This document shows, one piece after another, positions 25,182 to 34,799 of a stretch of 64,000 nucleotides of DNA. The notes under the pieces are model-generated. The model was given only the letters and a program-made list of their open reading frames with translations. It did not search any database and had not been told where the DNA came from. The DNA comes from a virus. Each line of letters opens with the position of its first letter. Position 1 is the first letter of the stretch. Location of the stretch: positions 2,477 through 66,476 of IMG/VR virus record IMGVR_UViG_3300042390_000257. One strand, given 5' to 3'. The position numbers were made by a program, and so were the translations under genes.

Positions 25182-25506
25182 TGATCATCTCCAAAAAGTC
25201 GTCTTCGCGCAGGATGACATACCTCTTGCCACCTAAGTCAAATTGTAGAACTGGTGTTCGGTCTTCTTTGATAGCCACAGTTTCTAGATCACGGAGGTCC
25301 GTGAACTTGATTGAGTAAGACTTAAGGTTATCTGTAAACTTATTCTCAATAAGAAAATGTTCTGATCTGACATCATTCTTACGCAACCAACCCGATCCTG
25401 ACCCAGCGTTACGGCTCCCCTTATAGGCAGACGCTGTTCGGTCTTCTTGCTTGCGCGATTTCTTCTGAATGTATCGCTTTTCGCTACCGTCTGAGCCAAT
25501 GATCAT
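25174..25506 (-). CDS. Second resolvase-like PD-(D/E)XK nuclease
   Basis: SRKQEDR...GSGSGWLRKNDVR...LIENK. Confidence 0.75.
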   Translation of the reverse strand: MIIGSDGSEKRYIQKKSRKQEDRTASAYKGSRNAGSGSGWLRKNDVRSEHFLIENKFTDNLKSYSIKFTDLRDLETVAIKEDRTPVLQFDLGGKRYVILREDDFLEMISE

Positions 25507-26516
25507 TTGACAGCGAAATGGTTTCGTGCGACTTCAGTGAGGGCATCCCTAAGACCGAGGTCTTCACGGACTGATGCAAGGACAGCGTCCTTACCCTGCC
25601 ATTTCTGACCGTTGAATGAGTAGAACGCACCAGCGCGTGTGATGGCGTTAATAGCAATAGCAATATTAACGATATCTTTAATGGTGTCAAACTCACCGAG
25701 TTTAAAACCACTGGCGCTACCGTCCGCAAAGTAAAAATCAACCTGTGCTGTCTGTTGTGGGCGGTAAGTCTTATTCTTTAAAGTACGCGCTTTGATGACC
25801 TGACCGAAGGCTTCGTCTTTTTCCTTGATCCACTCATCGCGTTTAACTTCTACGCGAGTGAAATAATGGTAGTTCTTAGCCTTACCCCCAGGGGTAGTTC
25901 GTGGGTCACCATACATAACACCAATCTTTTCGCGCCACTGGTTAATCATTAAACCTGTGCAACCACGGTCGGCATTAACCATTGAACGCTTCTGAGCCTT
26001 GGCGCTCTTCTTCATAAACTTGCTGGTGAGTCGCGCACCGAGACCTACGGTGAACTCTTCCATCATCTTTTCGTTCTCATCATTGGGGATAAGGGCTGGG
26101 AATGAGTCAACCACGATGCAGTCCACGGCTCGGTTATCTAGAGCCTTGGTGATGAGGTCATATGCCTGTTCCATAATGTTGGTCTCAACGATCCAAATGC
26201 GCTCTAAGTCAATGCCAATTGCTTGGGCATACTCGGGAACGAACTCTTCAGCCGCGATCCATAGGACGACCCACTCAGGGTCTAAGGCTTGATTAGCCGC
26301 GATTGTCTTTAGAACAAGAGCAGTCTTACCTGATGATTCATCTCCAATGATCTCAGACCATTGGTTGACAGGCCAACCGCCACCGAGCATGAGGTCAAAT
26401 GCTAAGACTCCCGTAGTAATACGGGGAAGTTCTTGGCGCATCTCTGAACCCTTGATGATGGTATTAGCGCCATGCTTCTTATTGATGATGTCCTTGATTG
26501 ATTCAAAAGTGTCCAT
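25503..26516 (-). CDS. recA: RecA recombinase
   Basis: GDESSGKT, VVDS, INQWREKIGVMYGDPRTTPGG. Confidence 0.96.
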   Translation of the reverse strand: MDTFESIKDIINKKHGANTIIKGSEMRQELPRITTGVLAFDLMLGGGWPVNQWSEIIGDESSGKTALVLKTIAANQALDPEWVVLWIAAEEFVPEYAQAIGIDLERIWIVETNIMEQAYDLITKALDNRAVDCIVVDSFPALIPNDENEKMMEEFTVGLGARLTSKFMKKSAKAQKRSMVNADRGCTGLMINQWREKIGVMYGDPRTTPGGKAKNYHYFTRVEVKRDEWIKEKDEAFGQVIKARTLKNKTYRPQQTAQVDFYFADGSASGFKLGEFDTIKDIVNIAIAINAITRAGAFYSFNGQKWQGKDAVLASVREDLGLRDALTEVARNHFAVK

Positions 26517-26531
26517 CTTGTTTTCCGTTTG

Positions 26532-26903
26532 TTAGATAGACCAAGAAGATTGGTCTGCTTGTGAGTATTTACCATTCCATCCGCAACAATAACAGCGGGG
26601 TGCAGGTGAATGACCATTGATCATTCCTTTTGATCGGCTGAAGACTAGGCTACTGCCACATTCAGGGCAGTCATGTGTTTCACGCCGAGCGGCTTCGCCA
26701 CCCTTCCATGAACGAATTGCGTCGCCCATGTTGATTTCACCGTTTGCGTCAACAGATGCTTGAACTTGTGAATGTGCCTGTGGTGCAGGTTGTTGAACCT
26801 GAGGAAACCTAATGTTACTTGGGCTAGACGGCATAGTTGATGGGGGTGTCCGCGGAGGGGGTGAGGGTTGATTACCTATTTTTCTTGACCACCAGTCACT
26901 CAT
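26532..26903 (-). CDS. Zinc-ribbon hypothetical protein
   Basis: Probable start MSDWW at 26903; CPECGS...RCYCCG. Confidence 0.7.
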   Translation of the reverse strand: MSDWWSRKIGNQPSPPPRTPPSTMPSSPSNIRFPQVQQPAPQAHSQVQASVDANGEINMGDAIRSWKGGEAARRETHDCPECGSSLVFSRSKGMINGHSPAPRCYCCGWNGKYSQADQSSWSI

Positions 26904-27387
26904 CGTCTTCGTCCTCCTGTTCTCCGTTGAAATATGCGTCCCATCCATCATCTTCGTCGTCGTCGTCAAAGTCAGGAGGGTCAATTGAGAACATACTAAT
27001 CACTGAGATCATCTGGTTGAGTGCATCGGGTGGAATAACTAGTGGAATTTCTCCACATATTTTAATATCTTGGTTATCTAAGAGCATGGTTATAAGTGAG
27101 ACACCAAACGAAGTGAAGAGGGCGACAGAAACATCAACCTCTTTTTCGTCAAGGTCATTTTGTAACTGGATGATATGGGACACCCATTCAGAGCACTTAG
27201 TTATGTCGTCAAGTAGTCCGAGAGCCTTTAGGGTAAACCACTTACCCATAACATCTGTGGTTTCTTGTTCCATGACTTCTTCTGAGGGAAGCGAGAAACC
27301 AGCCATCTCGGCAATCTCTTGACCGTCTTGTGGGGACATAGTCAGGAGAAATGTTCTGTGGTTCAGTGGTTCATACTCTTCGTTCAT
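26896..27387 (-). CDS. Hypothetical protein with acidic tail
   Basis: 163-aa ORF coupled to polA. Confidence 0.7.
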   Translation of the reverse strand: MNEEYEPLNHRTFLLTMSPQDGQEIAEMAGFSLPSEEVMEQETTDVMGKWFTLKALGLLDDITKCSEWVSHIIQLQNDLDEKEVDVSVALFTSFGVSLITMLLDNQDIKICGEIPLVIPPDALNQMISVISMFSIDPPDFDDDDEDDGWDAYFNGEQEDEDDE

Positions 27388-29483
27388 TTTCCCTTAGCCT
27401 CCGACCATGAGTTTGCTGAATGACAGGATACCTTCAATGGGATACCAGCGATAACTCGGTCTTGACCCATGGCTTGAACCATTACTTTTTGTGCTTCTTC
27501 TATGTGCTTATTTGGGACTGCTACCACTAACTCGTCATGCACCTGTACCAATATCTTGGCATTGAATGGTTTCAGTGCTTCGTGAACATCAATCATAGCG
27601 ATCTTGCAGATATCAGCCGCGGAACCTTGAACAATAGCATTGATTGCTTGGCGTTCTGCTCGTGCTCGTAAACCCTCATCACGACTTGTAAGTTCAGGTA
27701 GCCGACGACGACGACCCGACAAAGTACTCACATACCCGCGTTGTATTGCTTTTACAATCTCAGTGTTCTTCCACGCAGATATTCCACTAAATTGTTTGTA
27801 ATAGTTATTAATTACTTCTCTTGCTCTTTTTTCAGTAATGCCTGTAGTGCGAGCAAGTTTCTGTGCACCACCGCCGTACGCTGTCAGGAAGTTAACTCCC
27901 TTACCCAACTGTCGTTCCTCGGAAGTTACATCAGCGACTGGTTTGTTTAGGACAAGGGCGGCAGCGCCAGCATGGATGTCCTGCTCTTCAAGGAAGAACT
28001 TACTCATATTCTTATCCTTAGAAAACATGCACATAACCCTTAGTTCAATCTGATCATAGTCAGCCACGAGCAATGTATGACCGGCTGGTGCTACGAACAA
28101 ACTCCGGATGCTGGAATCTCTTGGAATGTTTTGAAGATTGGGATTACTAGAAGACAGGCGACCAGTTGCGGTTCTGTGGAGATGGTATGAAGGGTGGAGG
28201 CTATTGTTGACTAACTTTAGGAGAAGGCTGTCCACATAGGTTGACTTCATCTTCTTTACTTCTTGCCACTCAAGTAGTAATGGGATGAGTGGGTGGGCGT
28301 TTTCAATGAAGCGCAATGCTTCTTCGTCAACAGAGGACGCACCTTTAGCAGTCTGCTTGTGGGACTTTAGACCAAGACCACCGTCTGCCTTGCTTTTAAA
28401 TAAGAACTCTTGCTTGCTCTTGTTGCTATCGGGGTTGAATCCTAGGGGGGTGAACTGGGACATCTCATTTAAGAGATCGCGCATGCGACCATCTAGTTCC
28501 CGACCAAGGACAACCATGGCACTTTTTTTGACAGGAATACCAATGTCTTCCATGTCCATAATGACACGGAGTACAACCATGTCTTGATCAAGGGCGTTCC
28601 GTAGACCTTCTTTGTTCTTGATCTTGTTCCACAGTCGCTTGTAAAGCATCCATGTCCAGCGGACATCTAGGTGGACATATTTGGTAGCCGATGAGAACGC
28701 CACAGTATTGATGATCTTGCCGAGTTTGCCCTCTTTGTAATAGGCATCGTGCCCGTCATAGTTATGTGCGATTAAATCTGTCAGGCTGTAGCCACGGAGA
28801 TTCTCATTCACGATGTGTTGCATGAGCATCGTGTCCATAAATCCTGACAAAGGTAACTCAACATTTAGATACTTGCGGATAGAGCGGGCGTCAAACTTGA
28901 CATTGTGACCCACCTTGATGATGTTTGGGTCAGAGAATAAGGGTTCTAATGCTGTAAACACATCAGAACGAGATAGTTGTTCGGGTGGTGCGCTGAATAC
29001 GGCGGGGATACGGTAACGAATCTTTGCCTCGGACTCAGTCCCATCCTTTTTTAGTTTGCGGTAGCCAGTAGGGGGAACGGTTGAACCGTCACCAACTTCT
29101 TCGGGGACAATGATCTCACCACATAGATGACCCATTGGTATAGCCCAGGAATGACCATCGGTGGCTATACCAATCCAAAAGACTTCGTTACGCAAGGGAT
29201 CAAGGGCGATGATACCTCGCCACTTTTCCATCAGTCGTTCTTGCGTGGCTTCTCTAACCGCTGGGGAAGTAGTCACCATGTCGGCTAGGTGTTGCTTGAG
29301 TTCAGTGTTAAATGCATTCATGGCGTCAGCATGACGCTCAACTACCCCGCGTGTCTCCACATCAAATGCAAAAGCACCTACGCTTTGCACGATCTTAACG
29401 ATCTCATGAATTTCTTCAATCGTAGAAACAACAAGGGGAGGGGCTATTAGACCCCTCCCCTCGCTACGAATATCTACGCTCAT
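27384..29483 (-). CDS. polA: Family A DNA polymerase with 3'-5' exonuclease domain
   Basis: FDVET, HNVKFD, TGRLSSSNPNLQNIP, ADYDQIELR, RQLGKGVNFLTAYG, QVHDEL. Confidence 0.96.
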   Translation of the reverse strand: MSVDIRSEGRGLIAPPLVVSTIEEIHEIVKIVQSVGAFAFDVETRGVVERHADAMNAFNTELKQHLADMVTTSPAVREATQERLMEKWRGIIALDPLRNEVFWIGIATDGHSWAIPMGHLCGEIIVPEEVGDGSTVPPTGYRKLKKDGTESEAKIRYRIPAVFSAPPEQLSRSDVFTALEPLFSDPNIIKVGHNVKFDARSIRKYLNVELPLSGFMDTMLMQHIVNENLRGYSLTDLIAHNYDGHDAYYKEGKLGKIINTVAFSSATKYVHLDVRWTWMLYKRLWNKIKNKEGLRNALDQDMVVLRVIMDMEDIGIPVKKSAMVVLGRELDGRMRDLLNEMSQFTPLGFNPDSNKSKQEFLFKSKADGGLGLKSHKQTAKGASSVDEEALRFIENAHPLIPLLLEWQEVKKMKSTYVDSLLLKLVNNSLHPSYHLHRTATGRLSSSNPNLQNIPRDSSIRSLFVAPAGHTLLVADYDQIELRVMCMFSKDKNMSKFFLEEQDIHAGAAALVLNKPVADVTSEERQLGKGVNFLTAYGGGAQKLARTTGITEKRAREVINNYYKQFSGISAWKNTEIVKAIQRGYVSTLSGRRRRLPELTSRDEGLRARAERQAINAIVQGSAADICKIAMIDVHEALKPFNAKILVQVHDELVVAVPNKHIEEAQKVMVQAMGQDRVIAGIPLKVSCHSANSWSEAKGK
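29434..29461 (-). terminator. Terminator-like hairpin just after the SSB gene, inside the first codons of polA
   Basis: AGGGGAGGGG-N8-CCCCTCCCCT, followed on the - strand by TGTTGTTTCT. Confidence 0.6.
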
Positions 29484-30208
29484 TCTTCAGACGAAATGGC
29501 GAGTAATTCTTTGCGGTTGGGAATCGGGATAATCTCTTCCGTATAAGCACTCCGAAGAAACTTGCCTAATTCATCATCGCTCAAGTCCTGAACGCCCCAT
29601 TCCTCTTCAAGGTCACGAGCCTTTACCAACTGATGGTTGGTAGCGGTGGTCGCACCCTTGCCTGAGCGTGAAACCGCCCAGTAGTGCTTGGGCAGAGGTC
29701 CTTGGCGAGGATCATCATTGAAGTTCTTCAACTGGTCAATGACGCGTGAGCCAACTTCGTATGAGCGGAGTACAGGTTCTTCACCTTGAGTCAACAGGAC
29801 CACATTGAATGCGAACTTGTTGCTGGGCTTGTTACCTGATTCGCACAATGGGCATCCACGATCATCAATATTGGCGATGCAAGTGAATGACTTCTGACCA
29901 GTGCGCTCCATCCAGTGTTGGCGATAGGCGGCGTATGGTGCGGCTTCAAGGAACTTGATAATGATTGGCTCTTCAGCAATCTTGAGGCGCTGTGCGTATG
30001 ACGAGTCGGTAACGCTTGACTTCAACTGGGAGACGCCTTCCCAACCACCGCGAATTACTTTGCGGGGTGCGGGTTCCGCTTTTGCGGGCTTACGCACGGG
30101 GGCATCGTCGTCGTCATCGTCATCCTCAATGGCTCGTGACTTTCGTGGGGCTTCATATGCGACTTCGTCTTTTTCAAAAGCGTCGTCGTCATCATCGTAT
30201 CTGGGCAT
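29480..30208 (-). CDS. Single-stranded DNA-binding protein (gp32-like, Zn-binding)
   Basis: IIKFLE...QHW...FTC...CPLC...FAFNVV; acidic segment; lies upstream of polA. Confidence 0.78.
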   Translation of the reverse strand: MPRYDDDDDAFEKDEVAYEAPRKSRAIEDDDDDDDAPVRKPAKAEPAPRKVIRGGWEGVSQLKSSVTDSSYAQRLKIAEEPIIIKFLEAAPYAAYRQHWMERTGQKSFTCIANIDDRGCPLCESGNKPSNKFAFNVVLLTQGEEPVLRSYEVGSRVIDQLKNFNDDPRQGPLPKHYWAVSRSGKGATTATNHQLVKARDLEEEWGVQDLSDDELGKFLRSAYTEEIIPIPNRKELLAISSEE

Positions 30209-30341
30209 GATTTTTCTTTCTCGTGTGTGTTTGTGTTTGTTGGTTACTTGTCAGGCGCCTATTGGCGACCGATAAGTTCTTGGTGACCGAGCATATCTTG
30301 CGATTTGCTGTTCGGCGCGTTTTTCTTAATAATTTCCCAAG

Positions 30342-30770
30342 TCACTTGGGCCAATTAGTTATTGCGTAATGTCTAAAGTCATTCCAGTGCTTGGAGTTTC
30401 TGTCGTCCAAGTTGAAGCGCTGTATACAGTCTTTCAGGAATTCTACTTGCTTGCGAGTATACAGGCGACGACCCTTGGGTACTTTGTTTGGTAACTGAGA
30501 TTTCCGAGGTGCGGATGTCCTGTAGTTGGTCTTTGGTATCCACCCTTGATGCTCCCACATTCTTAGTGTACTTGCTGATCGGTTGATTGCTTTTCCTGCT
30601 TCGCCAATTGTGAACATTTCTACATCTACACCATTAATACGATAACTCTTAGATTGTGCGCCATTAATAGTATTGACTGCAATTGGTTTGTTTTTACCTC
30701 TATTTTTAGGCGGGCGGGAACCAGGCCAGTCAGGCAATCCTCCCATTAGTTCAATTGGGTCAATCCCCAT
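30342..30770 (-). CDS. MerR-like HTH DNA-binding protein
   Basis: FTIGEAGKAINRSASTLRMWEHQGWIP...GRRLYT. Confidence 0.85.
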   Translation of the reverse strand: MGIDPIELMGGLPDWPGSRPPKNRGKNKPIAVNTINGAQSKSYRINGVDVEMFTIGEAGKAINRSASTLRMWEHQGWIPKTNYRTSAPRKSQLPNKVPKGRRLYTRKQVEFLKDCIQRFNLDDRNSKHWNDFRHYAITNWPK

Positions 30771-30772
30771 TG

Positions 30773-30937
30773 TTATTCCTCGTAACTAACAATACCGTCA
30801 GCCAAATTATCGCACCATGAGACTATTCGCTCTTGTTCATCTAATGAAACACCAGTTTCAGAATCACATAATGCATTTGCTAAATCTTCAGTTGGACATA
30901 CAGAAATTACTCGTAAGAGACTAACGATTGCATCCAT
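30773..30937 (-). CDS. Small hypothetical protein
   Basis: Probable start MDAIVSLL at 30937, right after the upstream stop. Confidence 0.5.
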   Translation of the reverse strand: MDAIVSLLRVISVCPTEDLANALCDSETGVSLDEQERIVSWCDNLADGIVSYEE

Positions 30938-30939
30938 TG

Positions 30940-31122
30940 TCAGGATGAACTCGGAGTCTCCTTCGCGGGCTTCTTGGTTGTCATTATGAACGGGACGACG
31001 CCACCAGTATGTCGGGAACACAGAGGTGGTCCGTTCGTTGGGATCATCGTCTCCAGTAGAGAGCCACATTTCGGACATTCCCATCTCCCGGGAGGTACTT
31101 GATCGGTTGTTGACTTAGACAT
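30940..31122 (-). CDS. Small zinc-ribbon protein
   Basis: GGGAGG SD before ATG 31122; WECPKCG...CSRH. Confidence 0.6.
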   Translation of the reverse strand: MSKSTTDQVPPGRWECPKCGSLLETMIPTNGPPLCSRHTGGVVPFIMTTKKPAKETPSSS

Positions 31123-31155
31123 GACTGCCTCCCTTTGTTTTAAGGTTATCATGTA

Positions 31156-31590
31156 TTACTTTTTAGGTTCAATGACCTTAAAAGCCCACGATTCCTTTTC
31201 GGAGTACAGTTCCTGGATTTCTGATTGCAATTCGGGGTGTTCCCAAGCCACGGTAGCGAGGGCATCTTCATCCAACATCTGAACGGTGACGGATATCTGA
31301 TCCCACAGGTCGTTCTTCTCAGCCCATTCGCGGGCTGACTCATGGTTCAAGGAAACTGAGACGCGACGCTCGCGCTTTAATTGAATACCACCCTTGGTCT
31401 CAATCCACTTGCTTCCCTTATGGTCGGCATATCCATCAGTGTCAACTAGCGCCGACAACTCTTTTTTCAATTCGTCGGTACGGGCAGTGGCTAAATCACT
31501 GAAGGTTTTTGATTTGAGGTATTCCTCGGTAAGCCTTTGGATGTAGTTGTCCTCAGACGGTGATGGTTCTTGTCTAATAATTTTGGGCAT
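31156..31590 (-). CDS. Hypothetical protein (coiled-coil N-terminus)
   Basis: 144 aa, AGGAGG SD. Confidence 0.75.
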   Translation of the reverse strand: MPKIIRQEPSPSEDNYIQRLTEEYLKSKTFSDLATARTDELKKELSALVDTDGYADHKGSKWIETKGGIQLKRERRVSVSLNHESAREWAEKNDLWDQISVTVQMLDEDALATVAWEHPELQSEIQELYSEKESWAFKVIEPKK

Positions 31591-31629
31591 TTGGTCCTCC
31601 TGGGTTGATTTGTAAATATAGCGCGCAGA

Positions 31630-32547
31630 TTACCAATTCGGCATTTGCGTTGAGTTTATTAATCCGAGTTCTATTTCATTATTGGTCATGTCACCAATGT
31701 CTTTGGCGGTAGTCCCCGAATAATCCCACCACCATACACCTTTGCGGAAGTATGGCAAGGATTTAAAGAACTTCTTTGATGACTGTTTTCCAGCATCGTC
31801 GTTATCCATTGCAATGATTACCTTGTCAGCAACTGATGCTAAGAGACCGATCTGCTTGGTACTGACAGCCGCCCCAAAAGTCGCTAAGGCTTGTGGCTTG
31901 TCAAAGACACTGGCAAAGCGCACAACATCAAGTGGGGATTCCACCAAGATTGCTGTACCGCCCTTGAAGCGTTCAATGCCAAACAGGCTCTCAGATTTCT
32001 TAACACCAACTGGGAAGTTGCGAACCCAGTCCTTAGCCTTGGTCTGCCATCCCTGTAGGTCACCAAACTGGTTAACGATGGGGATAATCCAAGCGGATCG
32101 CTCTGTATCCCAACGGATACCATGACTTCGGGCTTGGTCAGGGTCAATTGCTCGTTTCCTGAGTTCTATTTCGGGTGCGGCACCAAACTTTGAAAATGAA
32201 ATCCAATCAACTTCGGGTTTCTTTTTAACAACTTCTACCTCAGAAGTAAGTCTTTCTAAGTTGCGGTCAATCAGAAAGTGATGAACAGCCATAATCGCGT
32301 CTGGTTCTCCAGTTAATTCTGAGACCAGCATGCTCAATGTTCCGCGGGCACCGCATGAGAAACAAATCCATAGACCAGTCTCTGCGCTCATGCTCCATGA
32401 TGGGGAACCATCATCGCGTCCCGTGACGCGCTTATGCACGGGACAGCGTCCTGAGATTTCCTTGCCCTCGGCACGGCGAATATCTACGCCGAGTGATTTG
32501 AGGACATTCCCAAGATCAGTCAAATGCGTCTCCGACACCATAGCCAT
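31630..32547 (-). CDS. dnaG: DNA primase (Zn finger plus Toprim)
   Basis: CPVH...CFSC; LVESPLD; AMDNDDAG; KDIGD. Confidence 0.92.
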   Translation of the reverse strand: MAMVSETHLTDLGNVLKSLGVDIRRAEGKEISGRCPVHKRVTGRDDGSPSWSMSAETGLWICFSCGARGTLSMLVSELTGEPDAIMAVHHFLIDRNLERLTSEVEVVKKKPEVDWISFSKFGAAPEIELRKRAIDPDQARSHGIRWDTERSAWIIPIVNQFGDLQGWQTKAKDWVRNFPVGVKKSESLFGIERFKGGTAILVESPLDVVRFASVFDKPQALATFGAAVSTKQIGLLASVADKVIIAMDNDDAGKQSSKKFFKSLPYFRKGVWWWDYSGTTAKDIGDMTNNEIELGLINSTQMPNW

Positions 32548-33778
32548 CCGCAGTCACCTCCGAGAAGTCCATGTTCTCCCAGTCCCACTTGATATGTACT
32601 TCACCTGTGGGTGCGGAACGGGCCGCGACTACGCGAATGATTGCTTGATCGTCTAAGTCAGGGTTACGCTCAACGCCGAGTACTAGGTCTGCGTCTTGCA
32701 CGAACGACGATGAGTAACCAATTGCGTCGGTAGTAATTGCTCGCGTCTTCTTGTTACCAAGTTTCCAACCAAGAGCCTGCGTCGTTGCCACAACAGGAAT
32801 GTCAAGTTTCTGAGACATACGCTTTAGACCACGGGTGATATTGGTTAATGCCTGCGGGCTTCCTTTGGCTTCACCTTCCTCATCGTCCATGAGATACACA
32901 CCGTCAACGATCAATAGGTCAGGTGAGTACTCCTTGACCTTGCCCGTAAGGGCTGAGATAGTCGTGAGTGACGAGGTGTCTTCACTGAAGATAAACGGTT
33001 GCATGTTCTTGCGTTGCATGAGGGAGCGACGAATGCGTTCCATTTCTTTGTTATCTAACTCACCACGAAGAATCTTGTTGAATGGGGTCTTGGAGATGAT
33101 TGCGTCGTAACGCGCTTCTTGTTCCTCAATGCTCATTTCAAACGAAACGAACATGGGAATCTTGCCATGAATGTGGCAAGAGTTAGCAATGATAAGAGCA
33201 AACAAAGACTTACCACGCTTTGGCTCACCCACGAATACAACGAACTGTTGCGGTCTGAGACCTGAAGTAATTCTGTCTAAACCAAAGAACCCTGTTGGGA
33301 TACCGCGCAGGGAGTTTGGTGTGCTACGCATTTCTTCGTAGCGCATAACGCGAGTTTCCCAGTTTTGGATGATGTCAATATCCCGCATGCGGGACACTTC
33401 AACCGCGGCTGTTTGGATACCAACCGTCAGTGTGTCTAGGGCATCTTTGGTACGACCAACATTCAACAATGGCATTGTTGTTGAGATGACCTCAATCAAA
33501 CGGTGCTGAGTATGCGCCTGAAAGATTTCCTCAATGAGTCGTGAGAATGTTTCAGCCTCGGCGTCATACAACTGGATGTCGGCGTACTGTGACTTGAATA
33601 CACGCGCTGTCGGTACGGCATTGTGTTCTCGGTAAAAGCCCGTAAGCCAATGCCACACGCCCTGCCATGTATCTGAAAAGTGTTCTTCCTTAACTCCGGA
33701 TTTTAACGGCGTTGCAATGTCAGCAGTTTGGATGATCTTTGAAACTAGGAGATGTTCGGGGGACGACATGATTACCAC
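32516..33778 (-). CDS. dnaB: DnaB-like replicative helicase
   Basis: GIPTGF, GEPKRGKS, SFEMS, IVDGVYLM, QDAD. Confidence 0.94.
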   Translation of the reverse strand: MVIMSSPEHLLVSKIIQTADIATPLKSGVKEEHFSDTWQGVWHWLTGFYREHNAVPTARVFKSQYADIQLYDAEAETFSRLIEEIFQAHTQHRLIEVISTTMPLLNVGRTKDALDTLTVGIQTAAVEVSRMRDIDIIQNWETRVMRYEEMRSTPNSLRGIPTGFFGLDRITSGLRPQQFVVFVGEPKRGKSLFALIIANSCHIHGKIPMFVSFEMSIEEQEARYDAIISKTPFNKILRGELDNKEMERIRRSLMQRKNMQPFIFSEDTSSLTTISALTGKVKEYSPDLLIVDGVYLMDDEEGEAKGSPQALTNITRGLKRMSQKLDIPVVATTQALGWKLGNKKTRAITTDAIGYSSSFVQDADLVLGVERNPDLDDQAIIRVVAARSAPTGEVHIKWDWENMDFSEVTADGYGVGDAFD

Positions 33779-34206
33779 GCTCTTTCGGAACCAAGCACTG
33801 TAGCGCGTATCCCAATGATTGCTTGCTGTTCTTGGGTGGCAACATAAATAACATGAATACTTCTGTTGAAGCGTAGGTCTTCTGCCAATGTTTCAATGTC
33901 AGGGTAAGCCTCTACCGAAGTAGAAACACCTTTGCGGATTAACCAATGCTCAATTTCGGGAACTGCCTCAACTGGCATGAGCGTGTAAATCAATGTACCA
34001 ATACCACGGCGGTTCACTGAATCAATTAGAGACTTCAGTGGTAGTTCGTTTGGCTTCATGGTGTTAACCAGTGTGGGCATGTCTTTGACTTTTGATGCAA
34101 ACCAGTTGCGTACTGACTTTGCACCTTTTGGGTAACTTGCTAAGACTCCCTCAAACAAAACTGCTTGCTGGATTGGTGCGTATGGGGCTAGGTCATTGCC
34201 CTGCAT
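33772..34206 (-). CDS. Hypothetical protein in replication operon
   Basis: 144-aa ORF coupled to neighbours. Confidence 0.7.
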   Translation of the reverse strand: MQGNDLAPYAPIQQAVLFEGVLASYPKGAKSVRNWFASKVKDMPTLVNTMKPNELPLKSLIDSVNRRGIGTLIYTLMPVEAVPEIEHWLIRKGVSTSVEAYPDIETLAEDLRFNRSIHVIYVATQEQQAIIGIRATVLGSERAW

Positions 34207-34799
34207 CAGGACACCGTGCTGATCGTCATGTCCTCTAGAACAGTTGCAACACGATCACCGTAGCGCCGAACAAATTCGGTTGGGGACAGGCATGTTGTAA
34301 TGATTGTTTTACGAAGGTCCTCATTGCGTCGGCGCAATAAACTCCCGATTTCATGTTGTGAGAATTCAGTTGATCGTTCATCCCCAACTGCATCAAGCAC
34401 GACAATGTCAAAAACACCCTTGAGGTACTTGACGATGTGTGGCATGGAGTACATCTCGGGAAGTTCGTTATCGTTGTCAAACTGGTCCTTGAGCATCTCA
34501 ACATAGCGATCTGCCGTAATGAACCGACCTGAAGCAGATTTGTTTGTGAGGATGTCCCGCAAGATAGATACTGCGATTGGGGTCTTGCCAGCACCGCTTG
34601 GTCCATGCAAAAACAAACCGTTGGATTCACCGCTGATGAACTTAGCGATGGCGTTAAAGGTCTTGTCTGAAATCAGAGATTCTTCGTACTGGGCGTCTTT
34701 CCAACGCGGTGGGAAGTTGGCCCATGCAAGTCGCTCCTCAAGAGGTCGGTTCTGCCACCATCGTGCTGATTTCCATTCGGTCGGCGGTGCTGAGGTCAT
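34206..34799 (-). CDS. DnaC/IstB-like ATPase (helicase loader)
   Basis: GLFLHGPSGAGKT, VVLDAVGDE, TIITT, YGDRV. Confidence 0.88.
   Translation of the reverse strand: MTSAPPTEWKSARWWQNRPLEERLAWANFPPRWKDAQYEESLISDKTFNAIAKFISGESNGLFLHGPSGAGKTPIAVSILRDILTNKSASGRFITADRYVEMLKDQFDNDNELPEMYSMPHIVKYLKGVFDIVVLDAVGDERSTEFSQHEIGSLLRRRNEDLRKTIITTCLSPTEFVRRYGDRVATVLEDMTISTVS

Noticed and set aside
30938-31084. Long version of ORF 30773..31084
   Set aside because: It overlaps the SD-supported zinc-ribbon ORF 30940..31122. A start at 30937 fits better.
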